Virus record (IMG/VR): IMGVR_UViG_2863177392_000001
Coordinates: 2,579-66,578 of that record
Origin: a virus
DNA: 64,000 bases
Reading direction: 5' to 3' (one strand)
Within the stretch, counting starts at the first letter, position 1. Each line of letters begins with the position of its first letter. The position numbers and the translations under genes are program-made. This document shows, piece by piece, positions 44,817 through 54,465 of this stretch. The notes beneath the pieces were generated by a model. That model had not been told where the DNA came from and did not search any database. It worked only from the letters and a program-made list of their open reading frames with translations.

Positions 44817-47687
44817 GTGCCCGTACAGGAGATCCTGAAAGCGCTCGGCTCGTGGGAGATCAAGCTCCTGCCGAGCACACCCCGCGAAGTCCTCGACTCC
44901 CTCGACTACTTCGGGCACGTCGCGATCGTGCCCGGCCGCCTCGACCCGCTGCAGTACGGCGACAACCTCCTCACCCCCGGGACCGCCCGCTACGTCGGCG
45001 TGCTCCGCACCCGCACCATCGGCGACGACGGCCGCACCAACACCCCCCAGGACGACCTCAGCGTCGGCGGGGTCGGGATGGCGTTCTGGCTCGGCGACGA
45101 GGACGGCAAGGGCGACGTCTACGAGAATGCTGTCGCCCCTGCCAGCGCCTCCTTCGCGACCACGATCAACATGCTGCTGCCCGCGTCCGGCGCGGTGACC
45201 GCTGGCACGATCTACCCGGTGCCCGGCACGTACACCGGCCGGCACCAGTACGAGTCGCCCCGCAAGGCGATCACCTACGTGTGCGACACGTTCTCCACCC
45301 CGTCGGTGCCGGTGTCGTGGCGCGTCAACAGCAACGCGACCCTCGACGCGGGCCCGGACTCGAACCTGTTCGTCACGGACCCCACCTGCGTCATCACCTC
45401 CAAGGACGCCGGCGAGGACATGAGCCTGCGGGCCCTGCCCGGGTCGGTGGACGTCACCAGGGACGTCGAGGACTACACCACCCGCGTCGTGCTGCTGGCC
45501 GAGGGCGAGGGCTCCAGCATCGCTACCGGCGCCGCGGACATCACCCCCGCGACCGGCTACAAGGACCTGCACGGCAACCCGCTGAAGCTGACGCGCCTCG
45601 TCAGCGAGTCGGACACCGCCACCGCGAACGCGGCCACGCGCGCGCAGCTGGCGCTGTCGCAGTTCACGTCGACCCGCAACGCGCTCACCCTGTCGACGAC
45701 CGACTACGACGTACACGGCAGCTTCGTGGTCGGCGACCGGGTATGGGTGTACGACCCCGACTCCGGACTGACCGACCCCACCACTGAGATCGTGTTCCGC
45801 GGGCAGCGCATCAACCCGATCAAACTGCAGGTCACCGAAACTTCGTGGGCGATCACCAACCAGTACACCGTCGCCTACCGCAACGCCGCCGGCGCATGGG
45901 TCGACCTCACCCAGTACGTCGACTGGGAGACCGACACCACCAGCACGGTGACCGTCGGCGACTTCTCCCGGCAGCTCACCAACACCGGCTCCGAGCCCGT
46001 CGGCTCGCGGCCCAACGCCGACACGTCCATTCCTGGGCAGCCTGTCCTCGTCACCCCGTTCGCCGGAAGCGCCTACCTTGACGGCCGCGGCTTCACCCGG
46101 GCCCGCGTCGTCCTCGCCTGGAACGCCCCGCTCAACACCGACGGCAGCACGATCATCGACGGCGACCACTACGAGATCCGCTACGCCGTCGACACCGACA
46201 TGATCTACCCGGCCACTTGGTCGCAGGTCTCTCAGGTGCGCTGGCAGGACCTGCAGATCTGGGCCCAGCCGTTCGCCGCGCCCTCAGGCCGCTGGCAGAC
46301 GATGGTCGTCCGCTGGGACACCACCACCGCCCAGCTGCAGGACCTCAGCCCGGGCATCGGCTACGACGTACAGATCCGCGCCATCGACACCACCGGCAAC
46401 ACGGGCGCCTGGTCGCCGGTGACGACGTTCGTGGCGTCGTCCGACAACATCCCGCCGTCGACGCCGGCCGCCCCGACGGTGGCCGGGTCACGGATCGCGG
46501 TGCAGGTGACGCACCAGCTCGGCAGGAGCACCGGCGGCACGTTCAACCTGGAATCGGACCTCGACCACCTGGAGATCCACGTCTCCTACGAGCCGACGTT
46601 CACCCCCGACACGACCACCCTGAAGGGGAAGGCGCCCGCGAACTCGGGGATGATCCAGGCGCAGATCCCCGTGGTGTTCACCGCGCAGGTCGAGGAGACA
46701 ACCGCCCGGTACGTGCGGGTCGTCGCGGTCGACAAGACCGGCAACAAGAGCGGGCCCAGCGATGCGGCGACGGCGACGGCTCTGCTGATCGACGACGCGC
46801 ACATCTCCGACCTGACCGTCTCCAAGGTCACCGCGGGCACGGTCTCCGCGTCGTGGGTGATGGCCGGGGAGATCAAGACCGCTGATGTCGGCGCCCGGGC
46901 CCGGATGTCGGCTGCGGGGTACGAGCTGTACAACTCGGGCGGCGACCGTACGTTCTTCGCTGACGCCTCGAACGGCGACGTGACGATCGTCGGCAAGCTC
47001 GTGTCAGGCACGTCGGGATTCCGCCTGGAAATCAACCCGGCCTCAACGTTGCCGGAATTGCGGTTCTATCCGTCCAGCGGCACCAACTATGCGTTCATCA
47101 ACAGCTTCCCCTTCTCGACAAGTGAAGCGGCACTCGGACTCGCCAGCAGCTCCTACGACGCCAGCGGCGTCGACGCCCACTCCCGGGTCCTCCTCACCGG
47201 CAACGGCGCCTACATGCAAACCGTCCGCACGGACACCCAAGCGACCTACGGCGGATTCGTACGCGCATCATCCCTCAGCTTCCAAGGGTCGTTCAACAAG
47301 GCAAGCACCGATGGCGGTGTTTTCTACGCGGACGAGTTCCTGGCCCGCGCAGGCTGGAACCCCACCGACAGCAACGCCAACTACTTCAACTTCTCCTCCG
47401 GCAAGACCTACCACATCGGCCAATGGGAGAACTTCTCCACGCCCTCCACCACCCAGGGCATCTTCATGGGCACCCTCCTTTTCGGCACGACCGCGTCCGC
47501 CTCCATCACCTACGGAGTGACGATGGCCTCCAACGTGATTCCCCTCGTGACCTGCGTGTCCGGGAACTTCGGTACGGCCACCCCCACCGTGTGGGGAATT
47601 CAGTCCTTCACCACCAGCGGATTCACCGTGGCCTGGAACAACAGCCAGGGAATGCGCCTCAACTTCCTGTGCCACCGGACGAACTGA
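44817..47687 (+). CDS. minor tail / central fibre protein with FN3-like domains
   Basis: YDVQIRAIDTTGNTGAWS and YVRVVAVDKTGNKSGPS FN3-like ends; ISDLTVSKVTAG. Confidence 0.8.
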   Translation: MPVQEILKALGSWEIKLLPSTPREVLDSLDYFGHVAIVPGRLDPLQYGDNLLTPGTARYVGVLRTRTIGDDGRTNTPQDDLSVGGVGMAFWLGDEDGKGDVYENAVAPASASFATTINMLLPASGAVTAGTIYPVPGTYTGRHQYESPRKAITYVCDTFSTPSVPVSWRVNSNATLDAGPDSNLFVTDPTCVITSKDAGEDMSLRALPGSVDVTRDVEDYTTRVVLLAEGEGSSIATGAADITPATGYKDLHGNPLKLTRLVSESDTATANAATRAQLALSQFTSTRNALTLSTTDYDVHGSFVVGDRVWVYDPDSGLTDPTTEIVFRGQRINPIKLQVTETSWAITNQYTVAYRNAAGAWVDLTQYVDWETDTTSTVTVGDFSRQLTNTGSEPVGSRPNADTSIPGQPVLVTPFAGSAYLDGRGFTRARVVLAWNAPLNTDGSTIIDGDHYEIRYAVDTDMIYPATWSQVSQVRWQDLQIWAQPFAAPSGRWQTMVVRWDTTTAQLQDLSPGIGYDVQIRAIDTTGNTGAWSPVTTFVASSDNIPPSTPAAPTVAGSRIAVQVTHQLGRSTGGTFNLESDLDHLEIHVSYEPTFTPDTTTLKGKAPANSGMIQAQIPVVFTAQVEETTARYVRVVAVDKTGNKSGPSDAATATALLIDDAHISDLTVSKVTAGTVSASWVMAGEIKTADVGARARMSAAGYELYNSGGDRTFFADASNGDVTIVGKLVSGTSGFRLEINPASTLPELRFYPSSGTNYAFINSFPFSTSEAALGLASSSYDASGVDAHSRVLLTGNGAYMQTVRTDTQATYGGFVRASSLSFQGSFNKASTDGGVFYADEFLARAGWNPTDSNANYFNFSSGKTYHIGQWENFSTPSTTQGIFMGTLLFGTTASASITYGVTMASNVIPLVTCVSGNFGTATPTVWGIQSFTTSGFTVAWNNSQGMRLNFLCHRTN

Positions 47688-47696
47688 GAAACCGCC

Positions 47697-48212
47697 ATGC
47701 CTGAGAAATGGACGGTCCGAGAGACCACCGCCCTCACCGTCGGCAGCACCCCCTGCTGGCAGGTCATCCTGGAGCGCCCCGACGGGCGCCTCCACGCCCA
47801 CCTCATGCCGACCATGGCCCTGGACGCCCGGGCCGCCGAGTACGGCATCGACCCGACCGACGTGGACGCGCTCCTGGAAGTCATCCTCCACGAGCCGCAC
47901 ATGCCCACCGTCGACGACGGGACGGGCCCCCGGTACGCCGACGGTGCCCCCGATCTGTGGGATGCCGAGAGCACCGACGCGGCCCGGCAGGCGCACCAGG
48001 CGCGGGTGCAGACGGCCGGTGTCCGGATCGACGTGCGTGGCGCCAAGGGCCTGGACGCCATCCGCAAGGGCCACCGGCCGGACCTGGCGACCGTCCGCGC
48101 CGTGCGGGAGGCCGTCGACACCGGCCGCTGGATCAAGCGCTACGGGGACCTGCCGGCCGGGCCGCGCCCCAAGGCGCCCGTCACGAACCCGAAGGAGGCC
48201 GCCCGTGCCTGA
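47697..48212 (+). CDS. tail-region hypothetical protein
   Basis: RAAEYGIDP...LLEVILHEPH; synteny. Confidence 0.65.
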   Translation: MPEKWTVRETTALTVGSTPCWQVILERPDGRLHAHLMPTMALDARAAEYGIDPTDVDALLEVILHEPHMPTVDDGTGPRYADGAPDLWDAESTDAARQAHQARVQTAGVRIDVRGAKGLDAIRKGHRPDLATVRAVREAVDTGRWIKRYGDLPAGPRPKAPVTNPKEAARA

Positions 48213-49248
48213 CACTCCCACCAGCCGCCTGGGCCTGTACAAGTCGAAGCCGGACGGATCCGAGCAGGTGTCCTACACGCAGGACATCGGCCAGAACCTC
48301 GACAAGCTCGACCTCGCCGCTGGCTTCCAGGCGTGCACCAACAGCACCCGGCCGTCGTCCCCGTACAGCGGCAAGCCGATCTTCGAGACGGACACCGGGT
48401 ACCGCACGTTCTTCTCCAACGGCACCTCGCCGGCGTCCGGCTCGTGGGTCGAGATCCCCAACGGCAGCGCCACCTTCAACAGCAGCCTGCGGCTCGCCGC
48501 AGGCAAGCAGCTCGTCATCGGCGGCAGCACCAGCGCGGCCAACGTCGCCGTCCTCAACGCCGCAACGAGCGACGACGTCCTGTCCGCCCGCGTGACAGGC
48601 GACACCCAGTCCCGCTACCTTCTCGAAGCCGACGGCGCCATGTCCTGGGGGGCGGGCGGTTCCACCGCCGCCGATGTCAGCCTGAGCCGCCCGGCGGCCG
48701 GCCGCCTCGCCGTGACCGCGACGAACGCCGCGTTCGGCATCGGCAGCGCCTACCTGCGGCCGATCCTGTCGGCTGCCACCACCCTGGCCAACTCGGCGGC
48801 GCAGACGGCGATCGCGACGTACACGATCCCGGCCGGCGACGCCGTGGCGGGCGCCGTGTACTGCATCCGGGCGTGGGGCACGCTGGCGGTCACCGGCACC
48901 CCCACCATGACGTTCGTGTGCAAGCTGGGCGGCGTCGCGGGCGCCGTCATGATCGCGTTCCCGGCTGTCACCGTCCGCTCCGGCGCGACGGACGGAACGT
49001 GGGACGCGGAGTTCTACCTCGCCTGCGCCAGCACCGGCGTGTCCGGGACCTGGGCGCCGATGGCGAAGTACACGCACAACTGGCTGACGAGCGCCACCAC
49101 GTACACGCCGGTCGGGCCGATCACCGCCGCGCCTGTCACGCGGGATACGACCGTGGCTTCCGACATGGTGCTGTGCGCGACCTGGGGCACTGCGTCCGCC
49201 TCGAACACGATCACCTGCCGCGGGTTCGCCGGGCAGCGCATCGCCTGA
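48205..49248 (+). CDS. tail fibre / receptor-binding-like protein
   Basis: TSRLGLYK...NLDKLD...STRPSSPYSGKPIFETDT; Ser/Thr/Gly-rich. Confidence 0.7.
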   Translation: MPDTPTSRLGLYKSKPDGSEQVSYTQDIGQNLDKLDLAAGFQACTNSTRPSSPYSGKPIFETDTGYRTFFSNGTSPASGSWVEIPNGSATFNSSLRLAAGKQLVIGGSTSAANVAVLNAATSDDVLSARVTGDTQSRYLLEADGAMSWGAGGSTAADVSLSRPAAGRLAVTATNAAFGIGSAYLRPILSAATTLANSAAQTAIATYTIPAGDAVAGAVYCIRAWGTLAVTGTPTMTFVCKLGGVAGAVMIAFPAVTVRSGATDGTWDAEFYLACASTGVSGTWAPMAKYTHNWLTSATTYTPVGPITAAPVTRDTTVASDMVLCATWGTASASNTITCRGFAGQRIA

Positions 49249-49258
49249 GGGAACAGGG

Positions 49259-49288
49259 CAGCCCGCCGGGCGGGGGCACGGCGGGCTG
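49259..49288. terminator. bidirectional hairpin terminator
   Basis: CAGCCCGCCG-N10-CGGCGGGCTG between convergent operons. Confidence 0.6.
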
Positions 49289-49310
49289 TGGAAGGTCGGT
49301 GGCGTGGGCG

Positions 49311-49508
49311 CTACGTGCTCGGGTCCGGTCCGGCCGGCACGCTGGCGTCCGCGTGCCCCTCGGCGGGCGGGGTGTTCTGCTGCTGCGCGGCGGCGAGCTG
49401 CCGCTCCAGGACGTCGACTTGTGCGCGAAGGAGGAGGTTCTCCTCGAACAGCTCCCCGAGCCGCTTGCGGAAGGTGGGGAACGCGTCCTCGATGCTGATC
49501 TGGGCCAT
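49311..49508 (-). CDS. small coiled-coil protein
   Basis: MAQISIEDAF...ENLLLRAQV; TGATG coupling. Confidence 0.65.
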   Translation of the reverse strand: MAQISIEDAFPTFRKRLGELFEENLLLRAQVDVLERQLAAAQQQNTPPAEGHADASVPAGPDPST

Positions 49509-50377
49509 CAGGCGACCGCCTTCTCTGCGAGTTCCCGGTACCGGTCCAGGAGGCTGGTGTTGTTGAGGAACGGGTGCTGCGGGAAGAACGACCAGTGGCT
49601 GACGATGGCGTCGCCGCGGAGGATGTTCGGTGCGCCGGCGGCGAGCGGGTGGTGGATGGTGTGCCAGGACTCCTCCTCGTCCGGGACGAGGACGCCGGGC
49701 CCGTCCGGCAGGCCGGCGTACATGCTGCCGAGGCTGGCGAAGCAGCTGACGGAGAACTGGGTGCCGGGCTGGATGGTGAAGTCCTGGTACAGGTAGAGCT
49801 GGTCGACGGTGCCGGCGTCGATGTGGTCGAGGAGCAGCTCGTGCAGGCGCACGGCGAAGGGCCCGTTGGCCCAGCCGACGGGGTCCATGCAGTAGGGCTG
49901 GACGGCGCCCCACTCCAGCGGGACCTTGCCGCAGGCCTGGAGGAAGTGGCTGCAGATCGCGTTGTTGAAGATGACCGGGAACACGGCGGTCGGGGCGGGC
50001 ATCTGGAGGCGGGCACGGACGAGGTTCTCGATCGCGTGCTCGTGGATGTAGACGACGTCGTCGTCGAAGCGGAGGTAGACCGCGTCGGGGTCGGTCATCT
50101 CGCGGTAGGCGAGGCCGGTGTAGCGCTGCTTGGGGAGGTGGCCGAGGTCGATGCCTTCGGGCCGGTGCTTGATCCGGAACCAGTCGGGGTGTTCGGCGGC
50201 GAGCTGGTGGGCGTAGGCGATGTCGTCTTCCTGGCCGGTGGGGTCGGTGTTCATGTAGGCCCAGACCTCGTCGATGAGGCCGCGGTGGACGTCGCGCTCC
50301 AGGTACTTGATGAGGATGCTGTAGGTGCGTTCCCGGCCGTAGGGGGTCCAGGCGATGACGCGCTTGCCGTCGATCAT
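49508..50377 (-). CDS. GT-A fold glycosyltransferase-like protein
   Basis: VIAWTPYGRE...YLRFDDDVVYI (DxD-type motif). Confidence 0.7.
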   Translation of the reverse strand: MIDGKRVIAWTPYGRERTYSILIKYLERDVHRGLIDEVWAYMNTDPTGQEDDIAYAHQLAAEHPDWFRIKHRPEGIDLGHLPKQRYTGLAYREMTDPDAVYLRFDDDVVYIHEHAIENLVRARLQMPAPTAVFPVIFNNAICSHFLQACGKVPLEWGAVQPYCMDPVGWANGPFAVRLHELLLDHIDAGTVDQLYLYQDFTIQPGTQFSVSCFASLGSMYAGLPDGPGVLVPDEEESWHTIHHPLAAGAPNILRGDAIVSHWSFFPQHPFLNNTSLLDRYRELAEKAVA

Positions 50378-50640
50378 GTGGGGTCTCCTGGGGTGGTGGC
50401 GTGCTGCGCCTTGGGGTCGATGAGGTCCGGCAGGCCCTCGACGTCGTCGGGGCGGTAGTGCGTGCCCCAGTGGTCGTCGCGGTCGAAGGCGTCGATGGCT
50501 TGGCGCTGTAGCTCGGCGAGTTCGTGGGCGTGCAGGTCGAGAACCGTGTGTGCGGCGTGCTCGGCCTGCTCCCGGGTGTGCGGCACGCTGAGCAGGGCCA
50601 CGAGGATGGCGTGTACGTTGACGGCGAGGCGCTCGGTCAT
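50374..50640 (-). CDS. phage hypothetical protein
   Basis: HAHELAELQR...DLIDP; coupled. Confidence 0.6.
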   Translation of the reverse strand: MTERLAVNVHAILVALLSVPHTREQAEHAAHTVLDLHAHELAELQRQAIDAFDRDDHWGTHYRPDDVEGLPDLIDPKAQHATTPGDPT

Positions 50641-51395
50641 GGGATCCTCCTCGTAGTGCGGTGCTTGGGCGGCCAGACCCCGGAATCCGCCGTCCACGGC
50701 AGATCCGGATGCAGACGCCGGAACAGATCCACGCTCGCCGCATGCCACTCGCCGCGGTCATGGGACAGCTGGCCCGGGTGGACACGCACGAAGTACAGCG
50801 GCTGTTCGATCACCGCATACCGGGTCAGCCCCGCCTTCCACACCCGGATCCAGAACTCCCAGTCCTCCGCCGCACCGTGGCTCCCGGGCAGCGTGGCCTT
50901 CAGGCTGTACCCGCCCACCGCCTCCCACGTCTCCCGCCTGATCAGCGCCTTGTCAATCAGCGGCGGCCACACCACCAGGTCGTCCAGCCCGCAGTCCGGC
51001 AGCGACGCCTGCACATGCTCGGCCTCCCCGAACTGCTGCGCCCACGGCACCACGAAGTCCCGGCCGCCATCCGCGTCGAGAACGGCCGCACACCGGGCGA
51101 TGCACTCCGGGTGCAGCCGGTCATCCGCGCTCGCGGTGAACAGTGCGTCGCAGCCGTCGTCCAGGGCCAGCTGCGCGGCGGCGTTGAGGCTGCCCGCCCA
51201 GCCCTTGCGGGTCCGGTTGCGGCGCAGGCCTGCCCACAGGTCGGGGTGGTCGCGCAGCCACTCGTAGGTGCCGTCGTCGGAGCGGTCCTCGGCGACGTAG
51301 GCGTGCGCGGGGTGGGTCTGGCTCTGGACGGAGGCGAGCATCTCGCCGATCCACGGCGCCGCGTTGCGGGCAGGGATGATGACGCCGATCTTCAC
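50637..51395 (-). CDS. GT2-family glycosyltransferase
   Basis: VIIPARNA...LASVQSQT...EDRSDDGT...SLN...SADD...EAVGGY...AEDWEFWIR. Confidence 0.9.
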   Translation of the reverse strand: MKIGVIIPARNAAPWIGEMLASVQSQTHPAHAYVAEDRSDDGTYEWLRDHPDLWAGLRRNRTRKGWAGSLNAAAQLALDDGCDALFTASADDRLHPECIARCAAVLDADGGRDFVVPWAQQFGEAEHVQASLPDCGLDDLVVWPPLIDKALIRRETWEAVGGYSLKATLPGSHGAAEDWEFWIRVWKAGLTRYAVIEQPLYFVRVHPGQLSHDRGEWHAASVDLFRRLHPDLPWTADSGVWPPKHRTTRRIP

Positions 51396-52270
51396 CACTG
51401 CCTCCCGAGCCAGTCGAGGGTGTCGCTGACGCCGTCGGCCCACGCAACCCTGGGGGTCCAGCCGCGGACACCGCTGATCGACGTGTTGTCGGTGACGACA
51501 CGGTGCAGGTCGCCGGGCAGAGCCTCGTCGTGGGTGACGGGGTGCCGGGTGCCCGTCTCGTGCTCCAGGGCGGAGAGGAGCCCGAGGAGGCTGACCTCGT
51601 TGGCGGGGCCGCCGCCGACGTCGTACGGGTCGCGGCGCTCGTAGTCCGCGAAGTGCTCGGCGATGTCGACGAGGAGGGCGGTGAAGTCGTCGATGTGGAG
51701 GATGTCGCGGGACTGGGTGCCGTCGCCATGCAGGGTGAGGGGCTGCCCGGTGAGGAACGCCTTGAGGAACCAGGTCACCCACCCTGCTTCGGCGCTTCCG
51801 GCCTGGCCGGGCCCGTACACGGTGGAGGGGCGGAGGATGACGGAGGGCAGGCCGTACAGGTCGCCGTAGAGACGGAGGTAGTCCTCGCCGACGCGCTTGG
51901 ACTGGCCGAGCGGGGCGACCCGGCCGTCGGCGCCGGGGTAGACCTTGACCGTGCTGGTGTAGATGACGGGGATGCCGCCGGCCCAGCGCGCGGCCTCGCA
52001 GACGTTGACGGTGCCGACGGCGTTGTCGTGGAAGTCGCCGATGGGGTCGCGGAAGCTGACCTGGGTGGAGCAGGAGGCGCCGAGGTGGGCGATGACGTCG
52101 GGGCGGGTGTCGCCTACGACCCAGCGGAGGAAGTCGAGGTCGCTGGTGGAGCGGCCGTGTCGCTTGTCGATGGGGGTGACGGTGTGGCCGCGCGCGGCGA
52201 GGGCGGTGTAGAGGTGGCTGCCGATGAAGCCTTCGGCGCCGGTGACGAGGACCCTGAGGCTAGTCGTCAT
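51392..52270 (-). CDS. NAD-dependent NDP-sugar epimerase/dehydratase (extended SDR; catalytic Tyr apparently replaced)
   Basis: VLVTGAEGFIG, HLGA, RPSTVYGPG, GDGTQSRD; PLGQSK in place of YxxxK. Confidence 0.88.
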   Translation of the reverse strand: MTTSLRVLVTGAEGFIGSHLYTALAARGHTVTPIDKRHGRSTSDLDFLRWVVGDTRPDVIAHLGASCSTQVSFRDPIGDFHDNAVGTVNVCEAARWAGGIPVIYTSTVKVYPGADGRVAPLGQSKRVGEDYLRLYGDLYGLPSVILRPSTVYGPGQAGSAEAGWVTWFLKAFLTGQPLTLHGDGTQSRDILHIDDFTALLVDIAEHFADYERRDPYDVGGGPANEVSLLGLLSALEHETGTRHPVTHDEALPGDLHRVVTDNTSISGVRGWTPRVAWADGVSDTLDWLGRQW

Positions 52271-52523
52271 AGCGTGCCACCTCCGCCCGGCAACGCGTCA
52301 GCGTGTAGTCGAGCAGGCCCATCAGCCGGTGGTACGGGATGCCTCCGCCGCCTTCGGGGAGGATGGTGCCGACCTGGGTGATGCCGTCGCCGTCTTGGTC
52401 GTAGCGTTGAGCGGCGAAGATGACGGCCCACTCGGTGAGTACGCCCTCGGCTTCTTCGAGGTGGGCGACCTCGTTGATGGCGTCGGCGAGTCGCTGGTAG
52501 GCGGCCTTCGTCTCTGCGTTCAC
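52260..52523 (-). CDS. phage hypothetical protein
   Basis: VLTEWAV...PYHRLMGLL; coupled. Confidence 0.65.
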   Translation of the reverse strand: MNAETKAAYQRLADAINEVAHLEEAEGVLTEWAVIFAAQRYDQDGDGITQVGTILPEGGGGIPYHRLMGLLDYTLTRCRAEVARYDD

Positions 52524-52717
52524 CAGCCCACCGCTTTCTGCCAAGCGACGCTGAGGGTGAACTTGTCCTCGGCGTGGACGGCGGTGAGCGCGGCGAGGAA
52601 GTGGGCCTGCGCCTGGGCGGCGAGCGCTGCTGCCTCCCCGGGGTGGAAGGCCAGGCTGGTGTCTTGGGACTCGGCGAGGAGGCGTTCGCCTTCGCGGTAG
52701 TGGTCGGGCCCGGTCAC
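52520..52717 (-). CDS. phage hypothetical protein (TGPDHYREGERLL), paralog of 909..1169
   Basis: Shared N-terminal and AQAH motifs. Confidence 0.65.
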   Translation of the reverse strand: MTGPDHYREGERLLAESQDTSLAFHPGEAAALAAQAQAHFLAALTAVHAEDKFTLSVAWQKAVGW

Positions 52718-53727
52718 ACGGTCACCGCCTCGGGCACGCGGACTACCGCCTCCCACTGGTGGTGCAGCGCCTGCATGATGCTCCCCGACGCCTCACCACG
52801 CGCCGTCATCCCGATCCGCTCCCGCAGCTCGGGATCGTCCACCAACCGCTTCAAGTACCGGCCCCACTCGTGCTCGTACCGCACCAAGAACCCGTTCTCC
52901 CCATGCCGGATCACCCGCCGGTACGCCTCCGTGTCCGACGCGACCAGCGGGATGCCCAGCACGCTGGCCTCCAGCCACTTCGTCGGGAACTTCGCGGCGT
53001 TGAAGGGCGTGGACCGGTACGGCGCGCACCACACGTCGAACTCCCCGACCGCGTGCAGGTAGTGCTCCAGCCGCTCCACCCAGCCCAGCGCCCCCACCCG
53101 CCGGCCCCGCAGGCCCAGCCCCATCGCCTGCTCCGCGCCGATCCCCACCAGCCGCACCATCACCCCGTCCCCGCCGCGCGGGTACTGCGCGATCCGGTTC
53201 AGGGCGCGCACCGCCTCCGGCAGCTCGGCGACCGTCGATGTCGTCCCGGCCCAGCCGATGTACAGCGGCCGTCCCTCGGCCGTGTAGTCGCGGGGGTGGC
53301 CGAGGTACTGGGCGGGCAGCCCGTTTGGGATGACCCGCACGTCGGCCGCGTAGTCGCGCAGCACTGCGGCGAGGGGCTCGGTGACGCAGGTGACGAGGTC
53401 GGCGAGGGCGAGGTTGTCGGCGAGCCGGCGGAGCATGTCCGGTGTCCAGGCCTCGACGGCGGCGCGGTTGGACGGGTCGAGGTGGAAGTAGTCGTCGTCG
53501 AGGTCGAGGACCAGCCGCTTGCCCTCCGTCTTGAGGTGCTGCCACATCTTCGTGGGGCCGGTCTGGGCGACGCGGCAGCCGACGATCGTGTCGTAGGAGG
53601 CCCAGTTGGGTGGGAGGCGGACGCCGTGGCTGGTCTGGTGGCCGAGCCAGGACAGGGCCATGGCGGGGAGGACGGCGCGGTAGAAGGCGCTGCCGGCCGT
53701 GTCGGCGGACCAGAAGTGGACTCTCAT
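52714..53727 (-). CDS. GT-B fold (GT4-like) glycosyltransferase
   Basis: DLDDD, VIPNG, IGWAG, AP....FN.AK...KWLEASVLGIPLVASD...HGENGFL. Confidence 0.88.
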   Translation of the reverse strand: MRVHFWSADTAGSAFYRAVLPAMALSWLGHQTSHGVRLPPNWASYDTIVGCRVAQTGPTKMWQHLKTEGKRLVLDLDDDYFHLDPSNRAAVEAWTPDMLRRLADNLALADLVTCVTEPLAAVLRDYAADVRVIPNGLPAQYLGHPRDYTAEGRPLYIGWAGTTSTVAELPEAVRALNRIAQYPRGGDGVMVRLVGIGAEQAMGLGLRGRRVGALGWVERLEHYLHAVGEFDVWCAPYRSTPFNAAKFPTKWLEASVLGIPLVASDTEAYRRVIRHGENGFLVRYEHEWGRYLKRLVDDPELRERIGMTARGEASGSIMQALHHQWEAVVRVPEAVTV

Positions 53728-54233
53728 CGCGAGGTACCGCCCTTCTCCTTGCGGGCACTGCACTGCACGGCCTCGCGCAGGGCCTCTGGGGTGAAGGTGG
53801 TGTCGCCGATGCAGACGTCGACCTGCGGGGAGCCCTTGGCGGCGTCGAGCTGTCGGTACAGGCTGGCGGTCTCGCGCTGGCGGGCGGCGGCCTGCTCGGT
53901 GAGCTGGTGCCAGGTGGTGTCGCGGGAGAGGAGCAGGGCGTCGCAGAGGGCGAGGCGGGTCTGCTCGTGGGCGTGGAGGAGCTCGGCGGTCTGGGCGTCG
54001 CCTTCGGCGGGCGCGGTCGGCTCGTTGGCCGGGATGGTCACGGTGTCCTGGAAGACGAGGACCGTGCGGGCGCCGATCTGCTCGGCGACGCCCGCGAACT
54101 CGTCTGCCGGCGAGTGCTCCTGGTCGAGCCCCAGGACGTAGCGGCGCGGCTCGTACTCATCGACGATCAGGGCGAACGGCGGCCGATCGTCGTCGGCGGC
54201 GTCGGGGAGCGGCAGGATCTGCAAGCGGGCCAC
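53724..54233 (-). CDS. phage hypothetical protein
   Basis: MARLQILPLP...PPFALIVDE; coupled. Confidence 0.65.
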   Translation of the reverse strand: MARLQILPLPDAADDDRPPFALIVDEYEPRRYVLGLDQEHSPADEFAGVAEQIGARTVLVFQDTVTIPANEPTAPAEGDAQTAELLHAHEQTRLALCDALLLSRDTTWHQLTEQAAARQRETASLYRQLDAAKGSPQVDVCIGDTTFTPEALREAVQCSARKEKGGTSR

Positions 54234-54234
54234 C

Positions 54235-54465
54235 TCAACCCTCCTCGCCGCTCGGCGCCAGCCCGCGTAGCGCGTCGGCGATCACGAGTAGCGCGGAGGC
54301 GATGGCCAGGTTCGACCGCACTGTGAGTGCACCGATCGCGGTCGGACCATCCAGGTCACGCGGGCGCCCAGACGGCAGAGCTTCGATCAAGCGCAGGCTC
54401 TCGGCCGTCTCGTTGACCACGTGCAAGGCGTGCTCGTATGGCAGACGCCGGATCTGCTCAGGCAC
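54235..54465 (-). CDS. phage hypothetical protein
   Basis: Coupled ORF. Confidence 0.55.
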   Translation of the reverse strand: MPEQIRRLPYEHALHVVNETAESLRLIEALPSGRPRDLDGPTAIGALTVRSNLAIASALLVIADALRGLAPSGEEG

